Source: Desulfatiglandales bacterium
Lineage (GTDB): Bacteria > Desulfobacterota > DSM-4660 > Desulfatiglandales > Desulfatiglandaceae
Length of the DNA: 64,000 nt
Assembly (NCBI GenBank): GCA_963662465.1
Contig: OY759599.1
Span: 2,688,001-2,752,000, forward strand
Direction: 5' to 3'
Part shown: piece after piece, positions 48,708-60,160 of the stretch
Layout: the number at the start of each line of letters is the position of its first letter
Numbering within the stretch: position 1 is the first letter of the stretch
The notes under the pieces: generated by a model
What the model was told of the DNA's origin: nothing
The model's input: the letters and a program-made list of their open reading frames with translations, nothing else
Database searches by the model: none
Made by a program: the position numbers and the translations under genes

Positions 48708-50021
48708 TTGGCACGACCATACTGCGTCATAGAGATTTACACCAACGAAGGGGCACGGTGTCATGGGCAAGACATTCCGGAAGCCGTCATCAATTACGTT
48801 CGCAAATTGAAAACATCCGCACGCTGCGCTGTTTTCAAGGGGATCGAGGGATGCTATGAAAACGGAGAAGTATCCACCCGGAAAATCATGGATCTGTCCC
48901 TCAATCAACCCGTTAAAATTGAGATTGTCCTGCCCGCCATGGAAGCCACCACCATAATGGCGGACCTTCAGAACATCGTGTGCGAGGGAATTCTGGGCAC
49001 CCGCGAGCTGCTCGTGATTTCCCATCGAACCCGAAAACGCTTGTTTCCGCCCCAAACCCGGGTGAAAGACGTTATGACCGTGAAACCGGAAACCGTGGCT
49101 CTCCATGAATCAGCGGATCGGGTCATGAAAACCCTGCTTTCCACCAATTTCACGGGCGTGCCCGTGGTGGATCCGGAAAACCGACCGGTGGGCGTCATCT
49201 CCCAAAGCGATCTCATATACCGCGCCGGCATGCCCGTAAGACTGGCGCTCATGGAACACTCCGACCCTGAAAAAGTGAAAGCCGTGATGGCGGAGTTGTC
49301 CACAAAAATCGCCGGGGACATCATGACAAAGCCGGCCATCATCGTTCAGGAATCTGCTCTGCTGACCCATGCCGTTGACACGATGCTGAAAAAAAAGGTG
49401 AAACGCCTGCCCGTGGTGGATGAGGCGGGCTTTTTAACAGGCATTGTCTCCCGGCTGGACATTTTTCAAACCGTTACCCGGACCGCGCCCGATTGGGAAC
49501 GAATGCAAAAGAATGACGTTCATGTGGGAGATATTCGATACGTCGATGAAATCATGCGACGGGACGTACAAAGGGTGGGACCTGATACGCCGGTAAGTGA
49601 AGTCTTAGGCATCATCGACAGCGACGATATTCAACGGGTGGTGGTCGTCGATCGGGATGGCCGTCTCATGGGCCTTATCTCGGATCGAAACCTCTTGTCG
49701 GCCTTTTCGGACGAGGCGCCGGGCATATGGGAAGTATTGTCCCGGCTGACCCCGTTTGCCACAAAATCAAAGCATGCCGGAAAAATCCGCCACAAACTGG
49801 AAAATCAACCGGCCCGGACCATCATGGAAACCGACATCATCACCATACGGGAGAAAGCCGGTATCGAAGAGGCCATTTCCATCATGACCGACCGCGGTAT
49901 CAAAAGGCTGCCGGTGGTAAATGATATGCATATTTTCAAGGGGATGATCAGTCGTGCGGATCTTCTCAAGGAAGGGTTTTCCGCCATGAAGGATTTAACG
50001 CTCACAAATGACTCCCTTTAA
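48708..50021 (+). CDS. DUF190 (PII-like) domain fused to four CBS domains
   Basis: IEIYTNE..VFKGIEG..DLS.N.PV.IEIV, then CBS motifs (VPVVD..GVIS..DL). Confidence 0.85.
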   Translation: MARPYCVIEIYTNEGARCHGQDIPEAVINYVRKLKTSARCAVFKGIEGCYENGEVSTRKIMDLSLNQPVKIEIVLPAMEATTIMADLQNIVCEGILGTRELLVISHRTRKRLFPPQTRVKDVMTVKPETVALHESADRVMKTLLSTNFTGVPVVDPENRPVGVISQSDLIYRAGMPVRLALMEHSDPEKVKAVMAELSTKIAGDIMTKPAIIVQESALLTHAVDTMLKKKVKRLPVVDEAGFLTGIVSRLDIFQTVTRTAPDWERMQKNDVHVGDIRYVDEIMRRDVQRVGPDTPVSEVLGIIDSDDIQRVVVVDRDGRLMGLISDRNLLSAFSDEAPGIWEVLSRLTPFATKSKHAGKIRHKLENQPARTIMETDIITIREKAGIEEAISIMTDRGIKRLPVVNDMHIFKGMISRADLLKEGFSAMKDLTLTNDSL

Positions 50022-53000
50022 AGACCGAATGAAAATTTTCTTATTATCCTTTATTGGGTTAACCTTTTTCAGTCTGAGTGTTCCCCTGACGCTTTCAGCT
50101 GACGAGAAAAAGGACGGCCTGACCGATGTGGTCGTGGTAAGCGATCGGGAAGATCATTATGATATATCAAAAAAAATCCGTTATTATGCGGATAACAAAG
50201 GAAACGTCACCTTAAACGACATCTTAACCCATCCTGAACCATTTCATTTCAGCCCCGCAAAAAATCTTGGAAAAAAAATAGGGCATTCCCATGACGTTTA
50301 CTGGTTTAAATTTGCCTTGGAAAATAAAACCCACTTGACAAATGTCATCATCGAATTTGTATTCGGCGGACTATATAACCTTGAACTGTATGTCCCGGAT
50401 GGGGATGGCGGCTATATTGCCAAAACAATATCATTCCTTGACCGGATGGACCAAAGAGAGATTCCTTACCGAAATTATGCCCTGTCAATACCGTTAAACG
50501 GCATGTTTCACACCCCCCGGGAGATCTATTTCAAGGTATCCGCTGAAAATAAAATTGTACTGGATTTCCATATCTGGAAAGAGAATGCATTCAAAATCAA
50601 GCGGTATCGGGAACTGTCGTTCTGGAGCTGTTATTACGGCATTATTCTGGCGATGATTGTTTACAATTTAATGATCTTTATTTTTTTAAAAGACATCAGT
50701 TATCTGCTGTATGGGGTATATGCTGCCTGCTTCGCCCTGTATTTGAGTACAACCAACGGCATTGGCAATGAATTTATCTGGCCCTTTGCAGGGGGACATT
50801 TCAACAGAATGCAGGCGCCGCTCACAAGCGCCTGTACCTATTTTTCCGTCCTGTTGTTCATGAAGTATTTCCTGGATATTCACCATAAAACCAATGGAAA
50901 GCTCAATCGGTTTATCTACCTGCTTCTCATTGTTCCTTCCATTCAGGTGATGGTTGCCGTTCTTGGAAAAGATGCGAATACCGCCTACACCTATGGGAAT
51001 TTCGTAACCGTGGCAATCCTGCTCCCGGCCATCACCTTTATCGCCATCGCGAGGCTGAAAAACGGGTATAAGCCCGCCCTTTACTTTATCATCGCGGTTG
51101 CGGTCGTCATCATAGGGCAGTTCCTCTTTTCCGCTACGGAACTGGATCTGCTCCCTCAAAACATCGTAACCCTCAATACCAATAGAATCGGCGCACTGCT
51201 TGAAATCATGTTATACGCCATCGCCCTTGCACACCGCATCGACATCATCAGGAAAGAAAAGGACCGCTATCAGGCCGAGGCCATAAAACAGCGGGACCTG
51301 GACAATATCAAGCTTGAAAGGCTTGTGGCGGAAAGAACCCAAAATCTGGCCGCCGCAAAAGCGGAAGCCGAGCAGGCCTCCCAGACCAAATCAGCATTCC
51401 TGGCGAACGTGAGCCACGAAATCAGAACGCCCCTCAACGGGATCATCGGGATGACCTATCTGACCTTACAAACAGACCTGAACCCGGAACAGCGAAATTT
51501 TACCAAAATGATCGAATCCGCTTCCCAGTCTCTGCTTGAAATCATCAATGACCTTTTGGATTTTTCTAAAGTCGAAGCCGGAAAATTGACCCTTGAAACC
51601 ATCGATTTTAATCTGGCGGAAGTCGTTGATCAGGTGGTAAACTTCATGGAGTTGAAGGCCCACGAAAAGGGATTGGAATTCATTGTGTCATACGAGTCCG
51701 ACATCCATATGAATCTTCATGGAGATCCGCTCAGGATCAGTCAAATCATCACAAACCTCCTCAATAACGCCGTCAAATTCACCGATAAGGGCGAGATCGG
51801 CCTTTATGTCTCAAAGCCGCAAAACAGCCGATATCGCTTTGAGATTCGGGATACCGGAATTGGCCTTACGGCGCAACAAATCGGTCAATTGTTTCAATCT
51901 TTCTCCCAGGCCGATGCCGGCACAACACGAAAATATGGCGGAACAGGCCTTGGTCTTGCGATTTCCAAACAGCTTGTGGAACTGATGAACGGGCGAATAT
52001 GGGTTGAAAGTGAATTGGGGAAAGGGAGTGTTTTCATTTTTGAAATTGAACTGCCGGAACCGGAAAATGCCCCCCCGGCATTGCACGATGCCCTTCCGGA
52101 GGTTTTCCAGGAAAAAACTGACCCTGCCGATCAAAAACAAACCCGTGACGACGAACTGAAATCACGGCTGACCACACTGGCGGGTTCTCATCTCCTGTTG
52201 GCGGAAGACAATGAAATGAGTCGGGAAATTATCCATTCCCTCCTGAAAGGATCGGCCATAAATATTGATGATGCCCGAAATGGAAAGGAGGCCATTGCTC
52301 TTTTTAACGCCAACCCCGGGAAATATGATCTCATTTTGATGGATATTCATATGCCCCGTATGGATGGCCATGATGCGACCCGGCAAATCAGAAAAACGGA
52401 TTCCCGGATACCAATCATCGCCTTGACGGCCAATGCCATGCGGGAGGATGTGGAAAAAAGCAATGCCGCCGGCATGAATGACCATATCAGCAAACCCATT
52501 GATGTGAATGTGCTTTATTTTGACCTTTTAAAGTATATTCACCCCAAAAAAGAATATGAAAAATTGCAGCAATCCACACGTCCCTTGCAAATCCCCGATC
52601 TGATTAATGCGGACACCCATAAGGCCCTCTCTTTCATGGGCAATGACCAAGACTTCTATATTGAAATGCTGCGCTCGTTCATCGCCAATTACAAAAACAG
52701 CGATGAAAAGCTCCGCCGTCTCCTGAGCGCCCAGCAATTTGAGGAGGCTGAGCGCTTCCTTCACACCCTGAAAGGATTGGCCGGAACCATTGGGGCCGAC
52801 GGCCTTTTCAAGACAACGCAAATTTTCGAAAAGGATCTTTCATCTGAAAATCTATCAATTTTCAAAACGACCCTGGATGCGCTCATTCATGAACTTGAAA
52901 CGACCGATTTCATCTTTTCGCGGCATAGCTCGGGCCCTTGTGGGAATGTTCCCTTCGAAGCCTCCAGGCTACACGATTTTTACGCAAACCTGAAAATCGC

Positions 53001-53163
53001 TTTGCTAGAGAAGCGGCCTCATCTCTGTCAAATTTACCTGGATGAAATCAACAGAATCAATCTTCCTGAAAAAGAGATAAAATTTTATGACGCTTTAAAG
53101 AAGTTGATTTCACAATGTCGTTACGACGCCGCGGTTTCTTTGCTGAATGAGAAAGAATTTTGA
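50008..53163 (+). CDS. 7TM-DISM hybrid sensor histidine kinase (HisKA-HATPase-REC-HPt)
   Basis: Periplasmic DISMED2-like region (YWFKF), 7 TM helices ([13 protein letters not shown]), [31 protein letters not shown]. Confidence 0.92.
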   Translation: MTPFKDRMKIFLLSFIGLTFFSLSVPLTLSADEKKDGLTDVVVVSDREDHYDISKKIRYYADNKGNVTLNDILTHPEPFHFSPAKNLGKKIGHSHDVYWFKFALENKTHLTNVIIEFVFGGLYNLELYVPDGDGGYIAKTISFLDRMDQREIPYRNYALSIPLNGMFHTPREIYFKVSAENKIVLDFHIWKENAFKIKRYRELSFWSCYYGIILAMIVYNLMIFIFLKDISYLLYGVYAACFALYLSTTNGIGNEFIWPFAGGHFNRMQAPLTSACTYFSVLLFMKYFLDIHHKTNGKLNRFIYLLLIVPSIQVMVAVLGKDANTAYTYGNFVTVAILLPAITFIAIARLKNGYKPALYFIIAVAVVIIGQFLFSATELDLLPQNIVTLNTNRIGALLEIMLYAIALAHRIDIIRKEKDRYQAEAIKQRDLDNIKLERLVAERTQNLAAAKAEAEQASQTKSAFLANVSHEIRTPLNGIIGMTYLTLQTDLNPEQRNFTKMIESASQSLLEIINDLLDFSKVEAGKLTLETIDFNLAEVVDQVVNFMELKAHEKGLEFIVSYESDIHMNLHGDPLRISQIITNLLNNAVKFTDKGEIGLYVSKPQNSRYRFEIRDTGIGLTAQQIGQLFQSFSQADAGTTRKYGGTGLGLAISKQLVELMNGRIWVESELGKGSVFIFEIELPEPENAPPALHDALPEVFQEKTDPADQKQTRDDELKSRLTTLAGSHLLLAEDNEMSREIIHSLLKGSAINIDDARNGKEAIALFNANPGKYDLILMDIHMPRMDGHDATRQIRKTDSRIPIIALTANAMREDVEKSNAAGMNDHISKPIDVNVLYFDLLKYIHPKKEYEKLQQSTRPLQIPDLINADTHKALSFMGNDQDFYIEMLRSFIANYKNSDEKLRRLLSAQQFEEAERFLHTLKGLAGTIGADGLFKTTQIFEKDLSSENLSIFKTTLDALIHELETTDFIFSRHSSGPCGNVPFEASRLHDFYANLKIALLEKRPHLCQIYLDEINRINLPEKEIKFYDALKKLISQCRYDAAVSLLNEKEF

Positions 53164-53175
53164 GGAGTTGGGAAT

Positions 53176-54273
53176 ATGAGCAAACAGGACCGCAAATCAC
53201 GGGGACGCACCCGCAACGAAGCCATGTTTCCCACGCCAATGGGAAAGAATAGCCTGCCCGCAAATTACGGGTCTGTACTCGACACCCTGAAAGACCGAAT
53301 TCGGTCGGAGCGACTGCGGGTTACTCTGGCGGCCAACTCCGCCATGGTACTTCTCTACTGGGACATGGGCAACTCGATTTTAGAACGTCAGCGACAGCAG
53401 GGATGGGGGGCCAGGGTGATCGATCGGCTTTCTCACGATCTGACAACTGCGTTTCCAGATATGAGCGGCCTGTCCCCCCGCAATCTCAAATACATGCGCA
53501 AGTTTGCCGAACTCTGGCCGAACCGGCAAATTGTGCAAGAGGCGCTTGCACAAATCACCTGGTATCACAACCTGGCGCTCATGGAAAAATGCTCCGGTCC
53601 CGAAGCCCGCCTGTGGTACGCGCAACAGGTGATCGAAAACGGCTGGAGCCGGAATGTGCTCGTTGTACAAATCGAATCAAAACTGTTTCAACGGCAAGGC
53701 AAGGCAGTACATAACTTCGACCTCACCCTGCCGCCCCACGATTCCGACATGGCCGCTCAGGTCTTCAAGGACCCCTATCTCTTCGATTTTCTCGGGACCG
53801 CCGATCCCCGCAGGGAGCGTGAGGTAGAGCAGGCGCTGGTGAATCACATCCAACGCTTTCTTCTGGAAATGGGTGCCGGTTTTGCCTTTGTCGGCCGCCA
53901 GGTTCATCTGGAGGTGGGCGACCAGGACTTTTATCTTGACTTGCTCTTCTACCATTTGAAACTGCGTCGCTATGTGGTGATCGAACTGAAAGCCGTACCC
54001 TTCGACCCTGCTTTCGTGGGAAAACTGAACCTCTACCTCTCCGCCGTGGACGACCTGCTGCGCCACCCCGACGATCAGCCGACCATCGGCCTGCTGCTCT
54101 GCAAAAGCAAAAAACAACTGATCGTGGAATATGCCCTGCGAGGGTTCAATCAACCCATGGGTGTCGCCGAATGGGAAACCCAACTGACGGAAAGCCTGCC
54201 CGATGAACTCAAAGGCAGCCTCCCGACCATTGAAGAAATCGAGGCCGAACTGGCCGGAAAGGAGGAGACGTGA
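53176..54273 (+). CDS. YhcG/DUF1016 PD-(D/E)XK nuclease-domain protein
   Basis: LYWDMG..I, WG..VIDRLS.DL, KDPYLFDFL, FLLEMG.GFAFVGRQ, VIELK. Confidence 0.93.
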   Translation: MSKQDRKSRGRTRNEAMFPTPMGKNSLPANYGSVLDTLKDRIRSERLRVTLAANSAMVLLYWDMGNSILERQRQQGWGARVIDRLSHDLTTAFPDMSGLSPRNLKYMRKFAELWPNRQIVQEALAQITWYHNLALMEKCSGPEARLWYAQQVIENGWSRNVLVVQIESKLFQRQGKAVHNFDLTLPPHDSDMAAQVFKDPYLFDFLGTADPRREREVEQALVNHIQRFLLEMGAGFAFVGRQVHLEVGDQDFYLDLLFYHLKLRRYVVIELKAVPFDPAFVGKLNLYLSAVDDLLRHPDDQPTIGLLLCKSKKQLIVEYALRGFNQPMGVAEWETQLTESLPDELKGSLPTIEEIEAELAGKEET

Positions 54274-54349
54274 AAGTTCAGTAACTTGATGTGATTGTTG
54301 AGGCGACATTAAATATGGGTTTGAAGGAGCCAAAAAGAGGAGGTGTAAT

Positions 54350-55513
54350 GTGGAAAAGGATGAACAAGCTTATATCAAATTGCAGCACCATTTAGACCGT
54401 CAGGCGGTAGGATTCCCCGCCACAAAGTCAGGTTCCGAAATAAGAATTCTAAAGCACATTTTTACACCCGAAGAGGCTGAGATCGCCACATGTTTGACCT
54501 ACAAGTTTGAACCGCTTGAAACGGTATTCGAAAGAGCCGGACATTTAGTTGAATCACCGGAAAAACTATCGGAGCTGCTTGAAGGTATTGAAGAAAAGGG
54601 AGGGATTGAATCAAAAACGAAAGGCGGCAAAAGGCTTTATTGTAATGCCCCCCTTGTTGTGGGGATGTACGAATATCAACTCGGCAAACTCACGCCGGAG
54701 TTCATAAAAGATTTTGATGAATACACATCGGACAGAAAATTTGGAGTAGAATTTCTTAGTACGAAACTCCCGCAGATGCGTACCATTCCGATTGCCAAAA
54801 GTATCCAGCCGCAACATAATGTCAGTACATTCGATGAAGTGGCGGTGCTAATGCAACAGGCTGAAGCACCTTTTGCCATCTTAGAATGCATATGCCGCCA
54901 AAAAAAGACCTTACTCGGCAAACCTTGTCAAGTTACAGACCGAAAAGAAACTTGCCTTGCCGTTTCCAGCATCGCCCAAGCTACCCTGCGAAGCGGTATC
55001 GGAAGAGAAATTACGCTGGATGAGGCAATGTCCATCCTTGAACAAAATCAAAAACAGGGATTGGTTCTTCAACCATCCAATACGGAAAAGGCCGAGTTCA
55101 TTTGTTCATGTTGCGGATGCTGCTGCGGGATGCTCGGTATGCATAAAAACTTACCTAAACCGGTAGATTTCTGGGCTTCAAATTTTTATGCCGTGGTCGA
55201 TACCGGTGCATGTGATGGATGTGGCAATTGTGAAAAGCGCTGCCAAGTCGGAGCGGCAAGCGTATCCGAAAAGGCGCGGAAAAGCGAGATAGACCTGAAC
55301 CGTTGTATCGGATGCGGGTTATGTGTGCCCACGTGCCCCAAAAAAGCCATATCCCTGCGGAAAAAGGCCACTGAAGTCAGACCACCCCAAACCAGGGAAG
55401 ACCTTTACGACATTATTATGTCCCATAAGAAGGGGAGGTTAGGAAAACTAAAAGTGACCGGGAAGCTGCTTGTTGATGCAATCCGAACGGGACAGACCCA
55501 TTTGCTTAAATAG
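54350..55513 (+). CDS. 4Fe-4S ferredoxin-domain protein with CxCR and CxCCxCCC clusters
   Basis: CICRQ, ICSCCGCCC, CDGCGNCEKRC, CIGCGLCVPTCP. Confidence 0.9.
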   Translation: MEKDEQAYIKLQHHLDRQAVGFPATKSGSEIRILKHIFTPEEAEIATCLTYKFEPLETVFERAGHLVESPEKLSELLEGIEEKGGIESKTKGGKRLYCNAPLVVGMYEYQLGKLTPEFIKDFDEYTSDRKFGVEFLSTKLPQMRTIPIAKSIQPQHNVSTFDEVAVLMQQAEAPFAILECICRQKKTLLGKPCQVTDRKETCLAVSSIAQATLRSGIGREITLDEAMSILEQNQKQGLVLQPSNTEKAEFICSCCGCCCGMLGMHKNLPKPVDFWASNFYAVVDTGACDGCGNCEKRCQVGAASVSEKARKSEIDLNRCIGCGLCVPTCPKKAISLRKKATEVRPPQTREDLYDIIMSHKKGRLGKLKVTGKLLVDAIRTGQTHLLK

Positions 55514-55622
55514 CGCCTGAACGAAAACCTCGTTCAGGCGCGGTTTTAGGTTTTAAGTTTTAAGTAAAAAAACCGAAATCATATCATCTAGTTTTAAATT
55601 TCCAACGAAAATTGGAAAACTA
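55511..55622 (+). mobile_element. MITE-like element, right end truncated
   Basis: TAGCGCCTGAACGAAAACCTCGTTCAGGCGCGG TTTTAGG TTTTAAG TTTTAAG ...CATATCATCTAGTT...AACGAAAATTGGAAAA, collinear with 60161-60305. Confidence 0.8.
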
Positions 55623-56768
55623 TTGCGGCTTAAGTCCCAGGTTTCGGCTCACGATCAACTTCATGATCTCGCTGGTGCCCGCGAAAATGGACAGGGACCG
55701 CACATCCCGGGAAATGCGACAAATCCGGTATTCTTCCATGTAACCATACCCACCATGAATCTGAACCGCCTGGTAGGCCACCCGGTTCACCATTTCCCCC
55801 AGCCAGTATTTGGCCATGGACACTTCCTGCACAATGTCTTTTCCCTGGATGTGGTTGAAAATGAGCTTATCCAGGAAGACCCGGCCCAGTTTCACATCGG
55901 TGGCCATTTCCGCCAGAACAAAGGCGGTATTCTGGAAATTGCCGATAATGCGACCAAAGGCTTCCCGGGTTTTAGCGTATGCCAGACCTTCTTTAAAAGC
56001 CTCCTCGGCATTCACCTGGCATTTGATGCAGACTTCCAACCGCTCCCGCTGGAGCTTCTCCATCATGTATTTGAAGCCCTTGTTCTCTTCGCCCAGAAGA
56101 TTGCTTGCGGGAACCCGGCAATCCTCAAAGAACAGTTCGGCCGTGTCCTGCATGTGATAGCCCATCTTCTCCAGTTTTCTGCCCCGGGAAAACCCCGGCG
56201 TATCCTTGTCCACCAGAATCAGGCTGATTCCCCGGTGCCCGGCTTCCGGGTTCGTTTTCACCGCCACAATGACAAGATCCGCAAAATAGCCGTTGGTGAT
56301 GAAGGTTTTCTGGCCGTTGATCACGTAAGAATCCCCATCCCGGACTGCTCGGGTGCGAATGGCCGCCAGATCCGAACCCGTATTGGGTTCCGTGAGCCCG
56401 ATGGCCGTAATCACTTCTCCTGATGCACAACCGGGAAGCCACCGCTCTTTTGCGGCGTCGTTTGCGTAACTGAAGACATAGGGGGTGGCCACATCGCTGT
56501 GAAGGGGAACGCCAACGCCGAAACCATCCCCACGGATCAATTCTTCGTTTAAGATCACCGAATATTCAAATCCCAGATCCAATCCGCCGTATTTTTCCGG
56601 CAGCCACGGACAGAGAAAGCCATACTCACCCATTTTAAGCCAGAGTTCCCTCGGCACGGCCCGATCTTCCTCCCATTGGGGCACAAAGGGGGTGATCTCC
56701 TTTGCCACAAATTTCCTTAAGGTGTCTCGAAAAATTTCATGCTCTTCCGTGTACAGTGATTCCATCAT
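55620..56768 (-). CDS. acyl-CoA dehydrogenase
   Basis: LTEPNTGSD, NGQKTFITNG, Q.HGGYGY, IFAGTSEI. Confidence 0.95.
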   Translation of the reverse strand: MMESLYTEEHEIFRDTLRKFVAKEITPFVPQWEEDRAVPRELWLKMGEYGFLCPWLPEKYGGLDLGFEYSVILNEELIRGDGFGVGVPLHSDVATPYVFSYANDAAKERWLPGCASGEVITAIGLTEPNTGSDLAAIRTRAVRDGDSYVINGQKTFITNGYFADLVIVAVKTNPEAGHRGISLILVDKDTPGFSRGRKLEKMGYHMQDTAELFFEDCRVPASNLLGEENKGFKYMMEKLQRERLEVCIKCQVNAEEAFKEGLAYAKTREAFGRIIGNFQNTAFVLAEMATDVKLGRVFLDKLIFNHIQGKDIVQEVSMAKYWLGEMVNRVAYQAVQIHGGYGYMEEYRICRISRDVRSLSIFAGTSEIMKLIVSRNLGLKPQ

Positions 56769-58264
56769 GACATCCCTTTCAACAATTCTTTTTTAATATC
56801 GCGCTTCAACACTTTTCCCGCATGGCTTTTGGGCATTTCATCCACGATCATATAGGCTTTGGGCGCCTTGAAGGCCGACAGGCGCTCTTTGAGAAACGCT
56901 TTAAATTGAACGGGGTCAATCACCTGACCCGGCTTGGGGACGATGACCGCCACCACACGCTCACCGTATTCCGCATCGGGAAGGCCCAGCACCGCGCATT
57001 CCTGCACTTCGGGCCGGGTGTACAACAGTTCCTCCACTTCGCGGGGATAGACATTTTCGCCGCCCGTAATCACCAGGTCTTTCAGGCGATCCACAATGTA
57101 CAGATACCCTTTTTTGTCCAGGACGCCGATGTCTCCCGATCGAAACCAGTCATCCCAGAATGCCGCAGCCGTTTCTTCAGGGCGGTTGAGGTAGGCCTTC
57201 ATGATATTGGGCCCTCGAATACAGATTTCCCCCTCTTCTTCGGGTCCCAGAATATTGCCGTCGAGCCCTCTGATCTGCACTTCCACCAGATTCGCCGGCG
57301 TTCCCACAGAACCCACCACATGCTGGTAATAATGGTTGAAGGTCACCATGGAAGCGCTCTCCGTCATGCCGTAGGCTTCATGGATATCCAGCCCCATGCG
57401 GGTCTTCCACTCACGAACCAGTTCGGCGGCCATGCTGGCGGCCGCGGAAAAGCAATAGCGAACACTCTGCATCCGTTCTTTGAGATGGTCGAGGGCCAGC
57501 ATCCGAATGTAAACCGTGGGCACCGAATAAAATTTAGTGACATGGTGCATCCCAATAGCCGCCAGTGCACGATCCATATCGAAGCCGGGCTGAAGAACAA
57601 TGGAGCCGCCGCTGAACACCGTGGCGCCCATGATATGGACCTGTGCAAACACATGGTTCAACGGCAGGAAACAGAGGCAGCGATCCTTCTGGGTACTCCG
57701 TTCAGAAAACGAAACGTTCTGGTAGGAGGTCTGCAAATTTTCATGGGACAGCAGAACCCCTTTTGAAACCCCGGTGGTGCCTCCCGTATAAAGGATGACA
57801 GCAGGCGCATGGCGATCCCGGTACACGACGGAAAAATCCGGAGAACCCATTTCAAGGAGCCTGGCCATGCAGGTTTCAGCAGCGGGCGCCACCAGATATT
57901 CCAGGCCCATTTCTTCCTTGAACGCCTCCAGCTGGGACAGATGATCATCGGTTGTAAAAATAGCCTTGGGACGACAATCCATCAGGGTGGCGCGGGCCTC
58001 GTCCGGGGTCAGGGCGCTTGAAAGGGTGGCGGCCCGTGCGCCCATCTTCAACGCGCCGAAATAAAAGACCAGCCATTCATAGGAATTGGGCGCAAACAAG
58101 GCCACAGTATCCCCGGGGGAGAGGCCCAATTGCCCGAGTGCCCCCGCCACGCGGTTTGCGTCTCGGTTGAGGGTGTCGTAGGATATCTTTCGATCGTCCT
58201 CAATGACAGCCGTGGATTCAGGAAAACAGTTTGCCGTTCGTTCCAGATTGGTCGCAATATTCAC
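56765..58264 (-). CDS. acyl-CoA synthetase / AMP-dependent CoA ligase
   Basis: YTGGTTGVSKG, YGMTE, SGDIG, DRLKD, GGENVYP, GKVLK. Confidence 0.95.
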   Translation of the reverse strand: MNIATNLERTANCFPESTAVIEDDRKISYDTLNRDANRVAGALGQLGLSPGDTVALFAPNSYEWLVFYFGALKMGARAATLSSALTPDEARATLMDCRPKAIFTTDDHLSQLEAFKEEMGLEYLVAPAAETCMARLLEMGSPDFSVVYRDRHAPAVILYTGGTTGVSKGVLLSHENLQTSYQNVSFSERSTQKDRCLCFLPLNHVFAQVHIMGATVFSGGSIVLQPGFDMDRALAAIGMHHVTKFYSVPTVYIRMLALDHLKERMQSVRYCFSAAASMAAELVREWKTRMGLDIHEAYGMTESASMVTFNHYYQHVVGSVGTPANLVEVQIRGLDGNILGPEEEGEICIRGPNIMKAYLNRPEETAAAFWDDWFRSGDIGVLDKKGYLYIVDRLKDLVITGGENVYPREVEELLYTRPEVQECAVLGLPDAEYGERVVAVIVPKPGQVIDPVQFKAFLKERLSAFKAPKAYMIVDEMPKSHAGKVLKRDIKKELLKGMS

Positions 58265-58301
58265 AATGCAGCCTCCTTCATATTTTTCTTAATCGATCTC
58301 A

Positions 58302-59594
58302 CTAGACCTGGCCGAACAACAAATTCGGCACCGCAGTTGAAAGCCAGGGAATAAAGGTAATGACAAAAAGCGCCACAATATAGACCATCAACGTGGGAAT
58401 AATGGCGCGGGCCACGAACACGAAATCCTTCTGGGTGATGGCAGAGGCCGTATACAGAAGGATGCCCAGCGGGGGTGTGATATACCCAATGCCCAGCGCC
58501 ACGGTGATGACCAGACACATGTGTATGGGATCGATGCCGAACTGTGCTGAAATGGGCATCAGGATGGGAACCAGAATCATGATGGCGCCGATGGGATCGA
58601 TAAACGTTCCCACCAGCAACAGCAACAGATTGGTAAATATCATGAACACCACCATATTGGGTATATATTGGATGGAAAAATCCAGAATCCGTTCCGGAAT
58701 GCCCTGAATGGTAATGTATTCCGACAAAACGCCGGCCCCGGATACGGTGATGACCAGAGCGCCGCTGATCAACCCGCTGGATACAATCAACCGGTAGAAA
58801 TCCTTTATTTTAATGGTCCGATAAATGCAGACTTCGATGATCAGCGCCATGACGCAAGACACAACCGATGCTTCCGTAATGGTGAACGCGCCGGAATAGA
58901 TGCCCGCAAAAAGGACCACCACGATCAGACCGGGCAAAAACGCATGCCAGCCGGTCTTAAAAAGTCCTTTTGGGTCAAACCGTTCCATGGCTGATTTCCC
59001 CAACCCCTTTTGAACGGATACCACATAGGTGTACAGGCAAAGGGCTATAACGATGAGCAAACTCGGCAGATAACCGGCGGCAAACAACCGCACCACGGAC
59101 TGACCGGCGGTCAGGGCGCAGATAATCATAATGATGCTGGGGGGTACGATAATCCCCAGGATGGCGGAACTGGTGACCAGACCGATGGAAAACTTTTTGG
59201 GATATTGACAACGATCCAGGTGAGGAAACATGACGCCGCCGATGGTGACCACAGTGGAAATGCTCGACCCTGAAAGAGCGCCGAAGACCGCCGAACTGAT
59301 GACGCTGGTAATGGCCAATCCCCCCGGAAGCCACGAGACCAACTTCATGGCAAACCGGATGAGCCGATCCGCGGATTCTCCGTGGACCATGATGCCCCCC
59401 AGCAGAATGAAAAAAGGGATGGCCAGAAGGGAAAAGTTTTCCAGCTTTTTCACAAAGGTCTGCGCCACAAAGCTCAGTTCGAGATCCGTAAAAATGAGCA
59501 AACCCAAAAATCCCGTCAGGAAGAGGCTGATGTAAATGGGCATGCGCAGGAAAAGCAGCCCCAGCAAAATCAACAGGATGACCAGGATTTCCAT
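58302..59594 (-). CDS. dctM: TRAP transporter large permease
   Basis: LLAIPFFIL, FGALSGS, IIVPPSI, ITPPLG. Confidence 0.95.
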   Translation of the reverse strand: MEILVILLILLGLLFLRMPIYISLFLTGFLGLLIFTDLELSFVAQTFVKKLENFSLLAIPFFILLGGIMVHGESADRLIRFAMKLVSWLPGGLAITSVISSAVFGALSGSSISTVVTIGGVMFPHLDRCQYPKKFSIGLVTSSAILGIIVPPSIIMIICALTAGQSVVRLFAAGYLPSLLIVIALCLYTYVVSVQKGLGKSAMERFDPKGLFKTGWHAFLPGLIVVVLFAGIYSGAFTITEASVVSCVMALIIEVCIYRTIKIKDFYRLIVSSGLISGALVITVSGAGVLSEYITIQGIPERILDFSIQYIPNMVVFMIFTNLLLLLVGTFIDPIGAIMILVPILMPISAQFGIDPIHMCLVITVALGIGYITPPLGILLYTASAITQKDFVFVARAIIPTLMVYIVALFVITFIPWLSTAVPNLLFGQV

Positions 59595-59597
59595 AGC

Positions 59598-60092
59598 TTA
59601 CCTCCCCTTCCGAAAGAGTTTCATCAGGCATTCAATGGTTCGAATGCCCATAATAAGCCCCAGAAACGGCAGCATGCTGAAGATCAGATAAACGGGTATT
59701 CGAATAATAGGAGAATAGGTCTGCATATCGTACTCCACCAGAACGAAATTCCACCCCGTTACGATGAATATAATGCACACCGCCAGTCGTACACAGTGAA
59801 GCAGCAGATCAAGTCCGAATCCCCATTCCGGGAACCGTTCATACAGGGCGTTGACTTTCAATTCCGAGTTGTCTTTGACGGATGCGCTGGCGCCCAGGAA
59901 TGTCATGAAGATAAACAGATAAGTGGTAAGTTCATCGGGCCAGGAAAGAGGCCTCTTAAAGATATATCGGGTCAAAATACCGAGAGTCAAAGCTGTCAGG
60001 ATAAAGGTAAAGCACGAAAAAATCCCCCATCTTTCAATCCGGTCCAGAAAGGCGCTAAATTTCTCCATGGGTATTTTCCTCAGATGGTTCAA
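59598..60092 (-). CDS. dctQ: TRAP transporter small permease
   Basis: RY....LSWPDEL..YLFI..FLGA; about 4 TM helices; lies between dctP and dctM. Confidence 0.9.
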   Translation of the reverse strand: MNHLRKIPMEKFSAFLDRIERWGIFSCFTFILTALTLGILTRYIFKRPLSWPDELTTYLFIFMTFLGASASVKDNSELKVNALYERFPEWGFGLDLLLHCVRLAVCIIFIVTGWNFVLVEYDMQTYSPIIRIPVYLIFSMLPFLGLIMGIRTIECLMKLFRKGR

Positions 60093-60112
60093 TCAGGCGT
60101 TTTATTCCAATT

Positions 60113-60150
60113 TGGACGGACCCACATGGGTGTCTTAGCGGGTCCGTCCA
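60113..60150. other. stable stem-loop between dctP and dctQ
   Basis: TGGACGGACCC...GGGTCCGTCCA 11-bp stem; could stabilise dctP mRNA or attenuate read-through. Confidence 0.55.
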
Positions 60151-60160
60151 CAAGCTTACA

